Below are positions 11,792 through 22,400 of a stretch of 64,000 bases of DNA, one piece after another. Both the position numbers and the translations under genes were made by a program. This DNA is from Azolla caroliniana (lineage: Eukaryota; Plantae; Polypodiophyta): the NCBI GenBank assembly GCA_043228905.1, contig JBHGNT010000026.1:1-64000 (forward strand). Direction: 5' to 3'. Below the pieces are notes generated by a model, which saw only the letters and a program-made list of their open reading frames with translations, was not told where the DNA came from and did no database searches. Within the stretch, counting starts at the first letter, position 1. Each line of letters begins with the position of its first letter.

Positions 11792-13570
11792 TTGTGATAT
11801 CGGATTTTTATGTTCAAACATGTGAATCGAAGCGAACGAAGCAGTCTATGATATGGCATTGAAAAATCATGATTTTGAAACTCAGGGCGAGAGACATGAA
11901 GAAAAAAGCAAAGTTGTGCCGCACTTGAGGAGGGCGTAGACAAGAGCGTGCGAGTAAATGAGAATGTTCATAACTAGCTCGTGTGATATTGGATTTTTCT
12001 GTTCAGACAATCGAATTGAAGCTAAGGAAACAATCTATGATATGGAATTTAAAATCCACGATTTTAAAATTCAGGTGAAGAAAAAAGTAAAGTTGTGCCA
12101 CACTCTAGGAGGGCGTAGACAAGAGCGCGTGAGTAAATAAAAATGTTCATAGTTGGCTCGTATGATATCGGAATTTTGTGTTCAAAAATGCAGATTCAAG
12201 ATAACGAAGAAGTCTATGATACGGAATTGAAAAAGAATGATTTTGAATCTCAGGGCGAGAGACATGAAGAAAGAAGCAAAGTTGTGCCACACTTGAGGAG
12301 GGCGTAGACACGAGCACGTGAGTAAATGAAAATGTTCATACCTGGCTCATGTGATATCGGATTTTTGTGTTCAAACATGCGAATCGAAGCTAATGAAGCA
12401 ATCTATGATATGGCATTGACAAATCATGATTTTGAAACTCAGGGTGAGAGACATGAAGAAAAAGGAAAAGTTGTGCCACACTTGAGGAGGACGTAGACAA
12501 GAGCGCGTGAGTAAATGAAAATGTTCATACCTGGGTCGTGTGATATTAGCTTTTTGTGTTCAAACATGTAAATCGAAGCTAACGAAGTAGTCTATGATAT
12601 GGCATTGAAAAGTCACGATTTTGAAACTTAGGGCAAGAGACATGAAGAAAAAGGCAAAGTTGTGGTACACTTGAGGAGGGCGTAGATAAGAGCGCGTGAG
12701 TAAATGAAAATGTTCATAGCTGGCTCTTGTGATATTGGAGTTTTTGTGTTCAAACATGCGAATGGAAGCTAACAAAGCAGTCTATGATATGGCATTGAGA
12801 AATCATTATTTTGAAACTCAGGGCGAGGGATATGAAGACAAAAGAATGGTTGTCCCACACTTGAGGACGGCGTACACAATAGCGCGCGAGTAAATGAAAA
12901 TGTTCATAGCTTGCTTGTGTGAGGTTGGATTTTCCTTCAAACAATCGAATTGAAGATAAGGAAGTAGTCTATGATATGGAATTGCAAAATCATTATTTTG
13001 AAGCTCAGGGCGAGAGACATGAAGAAAAAGGTAAAGTTGTGCCACACTTGAGGAGGGCATCGACAAGAGCACATGAATAAATGAAAATGTCTATACCTAG
13101 CTTGTGTGATATCAGATTTTTGTGTTCAAACATGGGAGTCGAAGCTAAAGAAGTAGTCTATGATATGGATTTGAAAAGTCACGATTTTGAAACTCAAGGC
13201 GAGAGACATGAAGAAAAAGGCAAAGTTGTGGCACACTTGAGGAGGGCGTAGAGAAGAGCGCGTGACTAAATGAAATTGTTCATTGCTGGTTCCTGTGATA
13301 TCGGATGTTTATGTTCAAACATGCGAATCGAAGATAACGAAGCAGTCTATGATATGGCATTGAAAAATCATGAGTTTGAAACTAAGGGCGAGAGACGTGA
13401 ACAAAAAAGCAAATTTGTGCCACACTTGAGGAGGGCGTAGACACAAGCACGTGAGTAAATGAAAATGTTCATACTTGGCTCATGTGATATCGGATTTTTG
13501 TGTTCAAACATGCGAATCGAAGCTAACGAAGCAATCTATGATATGTCATTGACAAATCATGATTTTGGAA

Positions 13571-16500
13571 CTCAGGTCGAGAGACATGAAGAAAAAGGAA
13601 TATTTGAGGAATGGGTAGACAAGTGCTCCTCAATGAATGAAAATGTTCATAGATGGCTCGTGTGATATCGGATTTTTGGGTTTAAAAATCCGAATCGGAG
13701 GTAACGAATCTAGCTCTGATATGGAATTGGGAAATCATGATTTAGAAACTTTTAAACATGCGAATCGAAGGTAACGAATCTAGCTATGAGCTCCTCAATT
13801 AATGAAAATGTTCATAGATGGCTTGTGCGATATCGGATTTTTGGGTTTAAACTGGCGAATCGAAGGAATGAAAATGTTCAGAGATGGCTCGTGTGATATC
13901 GGATTTTTTGGGTTTAAACACTCGAATCGAAGGTAACGAATCTAGCTATGATATTTGATTTGAAAAATAATCATTTTGAAACTCAGGTCGAGAGACATGA
14001 ACAAAAAAGCAAATTTGAGGAAGGCGTAGACAAGAGCTCGTCAATGAATCAAAATGTTTATAGATGGCTCGTGTGATATCCGATGTTTGGGTTTAAACAT
14101 GCGAATCCAGGGAAACGAAACTAGCCATGATATGCAATTGAAAAATCATGATTTTGAAACTAAGGTGGACAAAAATGAATAAAAAAGCAAATTTGAGGAA
14201 GGCCTAGACAAGAGCTCGTCAATGAATAAAAATGTTCATAGATGGCTCGTGTGATATCGGATTTTTGAGTTTAAACATTCGAATCGAAGGTAACGAATCT
14301 AGCTATGATATGGATTTGAAAAATGATGATTTTGAAACTCAGGTCGAGAGACATGAACAAAAAAACAAATTTCAGGAAGGCGTAGACAAGAGCTCCTCAA
14401 TGAATGAAAATGTTCATAGCTGGCTCGTGTGATATCGAATTTTTGAGTTTAAACATTCGAATCGAAGGTAACGAATCAAGGTATGACATGGAATTGAAAA
14501 ATGATGATTTTGAAACTCAGGTCGGGAGACATAAACAAAAAAGCAAAATTTAGGAAGGCGTAGACAAGAGCTCGTCAATGAATCAAAATGTTCATAGATG
14601 GCTCGTGTGATATCTGATGTTTGGGTTTAAACATGCGAATCGAAGGAAATGAAACTAGCCATGATATGGAATTGAAAAATCATGATTTTGAAACTAAGGT
14701 GGACAAAAATGACTAAAAAAACAAATTTGAGGAAGGCGTAGACAAGAGCTCCTCAATGAATGAAAATGTTCATAGATGGCCCGTGTGATATCGTATTTTC
14801 GTGTTTAAACTTGCGAATCGAAGGTAACGAATCTACCTATGATATGGAATTGAAAAATGATGATTTCATAACTCAGGTCGAGAGACATAAACAAAAAAGC
14901 AAATTTGAGGAAGGCGTAGACAAGAGCTCCTCAATGAATGAAAATGTTCATAAATGGCTCGTGTGATATCAGATTTTTGAGTTTAAACACTCGAATCGAA
15001 GGTAACGAACCTAGCTATGATATGAATTTGAAAAATGATGATTTCGAAACTCAGGTCGAGAGACATGAACAAAAAAGCAAATTTGAGGAAGGCTTAGACA
15101 AGAGCTCCTCAATGAATCAAAATGTTCATAGATGGCTCGTGTGATATCCGATGTTTGGGTTTAAACATGCAAATCGAAGGTAACGATACTAGCCATGATA
15201 TGGAATTGAAAAATCATGATTTGGAAACTGAGACCAAGAGACATGAACAAAAAAACAAAATTGAGGAAGGCGTAGACAAGAGCTCCTCAATGAATGAAAA
15301 TGTTCATAGATGGCTCGTGTGATATCGTATTTTCGTGTTCAAACTTGCGAATCGAAGGTAATGAATCTACCTATGTTATGGAATTGAAAAATGATGATTT
15401 CAAAACTCAGGTCGAGAGACATGAACAAAAAAGAAAATTTGAGGAAGGCGGAGACAAGAGCTCCTCAATGAATGAAAATGTTCATAGCTGGCTCGTGTGA
15501 TATCGGATTTTTCGTGTTTAAACTTGCGAATCGAAGGTAAAGAATCTAGCTATGACGTGGAATTGAAAAATAATGATTTTGAAACTCAGGTCGAGACACA
15601 TGAAAAAAAAAGAAAATTTGAGGAAGGCGTAGACAAGAGCTCCTCAGTGAATGAAAATGTTCATAAATGGCTCGTGTGATATCAGATATTTGGGTTTAAA
15701 CATGCAAATAGAAGGTAACGAACTTAGATATGATATAGAATTTAAAAATCATGATTTTGACTCTCAGGTGGAGAGAAATGAATAAAAAAGCAAATTTGAG
15801 GAAGGCGTAGACAAGAGCTCGTCAATGAATCAAAATGTTCATAGATGGCTCGTGTGATATCGGATTTTTGGGTTTAAACATGCGAATCGAAGGTAACGAC
15901 TCTAGCTATGATATGGAATTGAGACATAATAATTTTGAAAATCAGGTCGAGAGACATGAACAAAAAAGCAAATTTGAGGAAGGCCTAGAGAAGAGCTCCT
16001 CAATAAATGAAAATGTTCATAGATGGCTCGTGTGATATCGGATGTTTAGGATTAAACATGCGAATCGAAGGAAACGAATCTTAGTATGATATGGAATTGA
16101 AAAATCATGATTTCAAAACTCAGGTCCAGAGACATGAACAAAGAAGCAAATTTGAGGAAGGCGTAGTCAAGAGCTCCTCAATGAATGAAAATGTTCATAG
16201 ATGGCTCGTGTGATATCGGATTTTCGTGATTAAACATGCGAATCGAAGGTAACGAATCTAGGTATGATATGGAATTGAAAAATAATGATTTTAAAACTCA
16301 GGTCAAGAGACATGAACAAGAAAGCAAATTTGAGGAAGGCGTAGACAAGAGCTCCTCAATGAATGAAAATGTTCATAGATGGCTTGTGTGATATCGGATT
16401 ATGTTCATAGATGGCTCGTGTGAATCAAATTTTTGGGTTTAAACATGCGAATCGAAGGTAACGAATCTAGCTAAGACATGGAATTGAAAAATCATGATTA

Positions 16501-19380
16501 CGAAACTCAGATCGAGAGACATGAACAAAAAAGCAAATTTGAGGAAGGCGTAGACAAGAGCTCCTCAATGAATGAAAATGTTCATAGATGGCTCGTGTGA
16601 TATCGTATTTTCGTGTGTAAACACACGAATCGAAGGTAACGAATCTATGTATGATATGGAATTGAAAAATAATGATTTTGAAACTCAGGTCGAGAGACAT
16701 GAACAAAAAAGCAAATTTTAGGAAGGCGTAGACAAGAGCTCGTCAATGAATGAAAATGTTCATAGATGGCTCGTGTGATATCGGATTTTTGGGTTTAAAC
16801 ATGCGAATCGAAGGTAACGAATCTAGGTATGATATGGAATTGAAAATTTTGATTTTGAAACTCAGGTCGATAGACATGAAGAAAAAAGCAAATTTAAGGA
16901 AGGCGTAGACAAGAGTTCCTCAATGAATGAAAATGTTCATAGATGGCTCGTGTGATAGCGGACTTTTGGGTTTAGACATGCGAATCGAAGGAAACGAATC
17001 TAGGTATGATATAGAATAGAGAAATCATGATTTTGAAACTTTGGTGGAGAGAAATGAATCAAAAAGCAAATTTGAGGAAGGCGTAGAAAAGAGCTCCTCA
17101 ATGAATGAAAATGTTCATTGATGGCTCGTGTGCTAGCGGACTTTTGGGTTTAGACATGCGAATCGAAGATAACGAATCTAGCTATGATATGGAATTGAAA
17201 AATCATGATTTTGAAACTCAGGTCGAGAGACATGAACAATGAAGCAAATTTGAGGAAGGCTTAGACAAGAGCTCCTCAATGAATGAAAATGTTCATAGAT
17301 GGCTCGTGTGATATCGGATGTTTGGGTTTAATCATGCGAATCGAAGGTAACCGATCTAGGTATGATATGGAATTCAAAAATCATGATTTTGAAACTGTTG
17401 TTGAGAGACATGAAGAAAAAAGCAAATTTGAGGAAGGCGTAGAGAAGAGCTCCTCAATGGATGATAATGTTCATAGATGGCTTGTGTGATATCGTATTTT
17501 CGTGTTTAAACACACGAATCGAAGGTAACGAATCTATGTATAATATAGAATTGAAAAATCGTGATTTCGAAACTCAGGTTGAGAGACATGAACAAAAAAG
17601 CAAATTTGAGGAAGGCGTAGACAATAGCTCCTCAATGATTGAAAATGTTCATAGATGGTTCGTGTGATATCGGATGTTTGGTTTAAACATGCGAATCGAA
17701 GGTAATAAATCTAGGTATGATATGGAATTCAAAAATCATGATTTGGAAACTAAGACCGAAAGACATGAACAAAAAAGCAAATTTGAGGAAGGCGTACACA
17801 AGAGCTTGTCAATGAATGAAAATGTTCATCGATGGCTCGTGTAATATCGTATTTTCGTGTTTAAACTTGAGAATCGAAGGTAACGTATCTAGCTATGATA
17901 TGGAATTCAAAAATCATGATTTTGAAACTCAGGTCGAGAGACATGAACAAAAAAGCAAATTTTAGGAAGGCGTAGTCAAGAGCTCGTCAATGAATCAAAA
18001 TGTTCATAGATGGCTCGTGTGATATCCGATGTTTGGGTTTAAACATGCGAATAGAAGGTAACGAAACTAGCCATGATATGGAATTGAAAAATGATGATTT
18101 TGTAACTAAGGTGGACAGAAATGAATAAAAAAGCAAATTTGAGGAAGGCGTAGACAAGGGTTCCTCAATGAATGAAAATGTTCATAGATGACTCTTGTGA
18201 TATCCGATTTTTGGGTTTAAAAATGCGAATCGAAGTAACGAATCTAGCTATGATATGGAATTGAAAAATCATGATTTCGAAACTCAGGTTGAGAGACATG
18301 AACAAAAAAGCAAATTTGAGGAAGGCGTAGACAATAGCTCCTCAATGATTGAAAATGTTCATAGATGGTTCGTGTGATATCGGATGTTTGGGTTTAAACA
18401 TGCCTATCGAAGGTAACCAATCTAGGTATGATATGGAGTTCAAAAATCATGATTTGGAAACTGAGACAGAAATACATGAACACAAAAGCAAATTTGAGGA
18501 AGGCGTAGACATGAGCTCCTCAATGAATAAAAATGTTCATAGATGGCTCGTGTGATATCGGATTTTTGGGTTTAAACATGCGAATCGAAGGTAACGAATC
18601 TAGCTATGAGATGGAATTGAAAAATCATGATTTCGGAACTCAGGTCGAGAGACATGAACAAAAAAGCAAATTTGAGGAAGGGGTAGACAAGTGCTCCTCA
18701 ATGAATGAAAATGTTCATAGATGGCTCGTGTGATATCGAATTTTTGGGTTTAAAAATCCGAATCGAAGGTAATGAATCTAGCTCTGATATGGAACTTGAA
18801 AATCATAATTTAGAAACTTTTAAACATTCGAATCGAAGGTAACGAATCTAGCTATGACCTCCTCAATTAATGAAAATGTTCATACATGGCTCGTGTGATA
18901 TCGGATTTTTGGGTTTAAACTGGCGAATCGAAGGAATGAAAATGTTCAGAGATGGCTCATGTGATATCGGATTTTTTGGGTTTAAACACTCGAATCGAAG
19001 GTAACGAATCTAGCTATGATATTTGATTTGAAAAATAATCATTTTGAAACTTAGGTCGAGAGACGTGAACAAAAAAGCAAATTTGAGGAAGGCGTACACA
19101 AGAGCTCGTCAATGAATCAAAATGATTATAGATGGCTCGTGTCATATCCGATGTTTGGGTTTAAACATGCGAATTCAGGGATACGAAACTAGCCATGATA
19201 TGGAATTGAAAAATCATGATTTTGAAACTAAGGTGGACAGAAATGAATAAAAAAGCAAATTTGAGGAAGGCGTAGAAAAGAGCTCCTCAATGAATGAAAA
19301 TGTTCATAGATGGCTCCTGTGATATCGGATTTCTGGGTTTAAAAATGCGAATCGAAGGTAACTAATTTAGCTATGATATG
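13571..19380 (+). repeat. Satellite subfamily B, block 1 (178-bp monomers, divergent, several deleted monomers)
   Basis: Diagnostic CAAATTTGAGGAAGGCGTAGACAAGAGCTCCTCAATGAATGAAAATGTTCATAGATGGCTC and GGGTTTAAAC...GAAGGTAACGAATCTAG. ORF spacing 14760 to 14938 is 178. Confidence 0.93.
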
Positions 19381-22300
19381 AGAGACATGACGAAATTAGC
19401 AAAGTTGAGGAGTGAGTTGAGAGGAGCCCTTCAGTAAATTAAAATGTTCATACCTAGCGAGTGTGATATCGGATTTTTGTGTACAAATATGCGAATCGAA
19501 GCTAACAACGCTAGCTATGATATGGAATTAAAAAATCAAGATTTTGAAACTCAGGTCGAGAGACATGACGAAATTAGCAAATTTGAGGAGTGAGTTGAGA
19601 GGAGCCCTTGAGTAAATTACAATGTTCATTCCTGGCGAGTGTGATATCGGATTTTTGTGTTCAAACATGCGAATCGAAGCTAACAACGCTAGCTATGATA
19701 TGGAATTAAAAAATCAAGATTTTGAAACTTAGGTCGAGAGACATGACGAAATTAGCAAATTTGAGGAGTGAGTTGAGAGGAGCCCTTGAGTAAATTAAAA
19801 TGTTCATACCTAGCGAGTGTGATATTGGATTTTTGTGTACAAACATGCGAATCGAAGCTAACAATGCTAGCTATGATATGGAATTAAAAAATCAAGATAT
19901 TGAAACTCAAGTCGAGAGACATGACGAAATTACCAAATTTGAGGAGTGAGGTTGGAAGAGCGTGTGAGTGAATTACAATGTTCATACCTGGTTCGTGTGA
20001 TATCGGATTTTTGTGTTCAAACATGCGAATCGAAGCTAACAACGCTAGCTATGATATGGAATAAAAAAATCAAGATATTGAAACTCAAGTCGAGAGACAT
20101 GACGAAATTACCAAATATGAGGAGTGAGGTTGGAAGAGCGTGTGAGTGAATTACAATGTTCATACCTGGTTCGTGTGATATCGGATTTTTGTGTTCAAAC
20201 ATGCGAATCGAAGCTAACAACGCTAGCTATGATATGGAATAAAAAAATCAAGATTTTGAAACTCAGGTCGAGAGACATGACGAAATTACCAAATTTGACG
20301 AGGGAGTTGAGAGGAGCCCTTGAGTAGATTAAAATGTTCATACCTAGCGAGTGTGATATCGGATTTTTGTGTTCAAACATGCGAATCGAACCTAACAACG
20401 CTAGCTATGATATGGAATTAAAAAAGCAAGATTTTGAAACTCAGGTCGAGAGGCATGACGAAATTAGCAAATTTGAGGAGTGAGTTGAGAGGAGCCCTTG
20501 AGTAAATTAAAATGGTCATACCTAGCGAGTGTGATATCGGATTTTTGTGTACAAACATGCGAATTGAAGCTAACAACGCTAGCTATGATATGGAATTGAA
20601 AAATCAAGATTTTGAAACTCCGGTTGAGAGAAATGACGAAATTAGCAAATTTGAGGAGTGAGTTGAGAGAAGCCCTTGAGTAAATTAAAATGTTCATACC
20701 TAGTGAGTGTGATATCGGAATTTTGTGTACAAACATGCGAATCGAAGCTAACAACGCTAGCTATGATATGGAATTGAATAATCAAGATTTTGAAACTCAG
20801 GTCGAGAGACATGACGAAATTAGCAAATTTGAGGAGTGAGTTGAGAGGAGCCCTTGAGTAAATAAAAATGTTCATACCTAGCTCGTGTGATATCGGATTT
20901 TTGTGTTCAAACATGCGAATCGAAGCTAACAACGCTAGCTATGATATGGAATTACAAAATCAAGATTTTGGAACTCCAGGCGAGAGACATGACGAAATTA
21001 CCAAATTTGAGGAGTGAGGTTGGAAGAGCGCGTGAGTGAATTAAAATGTTCATACCTGGCTCGTGTGATATCGGATTTTTGTGTTCAAACATGCGAATCG
21101 AAGCTAACAACGCTAGCTATGATATGGACTTAAAAAATCAAGATTTTGAAACTCAGGTCGAGAGACATGACGAAATTACCAACTTTCAGGAGTGAGTTGA
21201 GAGGAGCCCTTGAGTAAATTAAAATGGTCATACCTAGCGAGTGTGATATCGGATTTTTGTGTACAAACATGCGAATCGAAGCTAACAACGCTAGCTATGA
21301 TATGGAATTGAAAAATCAAGATTTTGAAACTCAGGTCGAGAGACATGACGAAATTAGCAAATTTGAGGAGTGAGTTGAGAGGAGCCCTTGAGTAAATTAA
21401 AATGTTCCTACCTAGCGAGTGTGATATCGGATTTTTGTGTACAAACATGCGAATCGAAGCTAACAACGCTAGCTATGATATGGAATTAAAAAATCAAGAT
21501 TTTGAAACTCAGGTCGCCAGACATGACGAAATTACCAAATTTGAGGGGGGAGTTGAGAGGGGCCCTTGAGTAAATTAAAATGTTCATACCTAGCGAGTGT
21601 GATATCGGATTTTTGTGTTCAAACATGCGAATCGAAGCTAACAACGCTAGCTATGATATGGAATTACAAAATCAAGATTTTGAAACTCCAGGCGAGAGAC
21701 ATGACGAAATTTCCACATTTGAGGAGGGAGTTGAGAAGAGCTAATAGGTAAATTAAAATGGTCATACCTGGCTCGTGTGATATCGGATTTTTGTGTTCAA
21801 ACATGCGAATCGAAGCTAACAACGCTAGCTATGATATGGACTTAAAAAATCAAGATTTTGAAACTCAGGTCGAGAGACATGACGAAATTAGCAAATTTGA
21901 GGAGTGAGTTGAGAGGAGCCCTTGAGTAAATTAAAATGTTCATACCTAGCGAGTGTGATATCGGAATTTCGTGTACAAACATGCGAATCGAAGCTAACAA
22001 CGCTAGCTATGATATGGAATTAAAAAATCAAGATTTTGAAACTCAGGTCGAGAGACATGACGAAATTTCCAAATTTGAGGAGGGAGTTGAGAGGAGCCCT
22101 TGAGTAAATAAAAATGTTCATATCTAGCTCGTGTGATATCGGATTTTTGTGTTCAAACATGCGAATCGAAGCTAACAACGCTAGCTATGATATGGAATTA
22201 AAAAATCAAGATTTTGAAACTCCAGGCGAGAGACATGATGAAATTACCAAATTTGAGGAGTGAGGTTGGAAGAGCGCGTGAGTGAATTAAAATGTTCATA

Positions 22301-22400
22301 CCTGGCTCGTGTGATATCGGATTTTTGTGTTCAAACATGCGAATCGAAGCTAACAACGCTAGCTATGATATGGACTTAAAAAATCAAGATTTTGAAACTC
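19381..22400 (+). repeat. Satellite subfamily C, block 1 (about 17 x 178 bp)
   Basis: Diagnostic CATGACGAAATTAGCAAATTTGAGGAGTGAGTTGAGAGGAGCCCTTGAGTAAATTAAAATG and GAAGCTAACAACGCTAGCTATG. Confidence 0.93.

Larger units (their letters stand above)
7541..13570 (+). repeat. Satellite subfamily A, block 1 (189-bp monomers with 179-bp variants, about 32 copies, divergent)
   Basis: Diagnostic CAAAGTTGTGCCACACTTGAGGAGGGCGTAGACAAGAGCGCGTGAGTAAATG. The anchor AGACAAGAGC (or variant) at 7641, 7830, 8009 and 8198 gives spacings of 189, 179 and 189. Confidence 0.93.

Noticed and set aside
13560-19380. LTR retrotransposon suggested by the terminal direct repeats of block B
   Set aside because: The repeats are themselves satellite monomers, with no TG...CA ends, TSD, PBS, PPT or coding interior.
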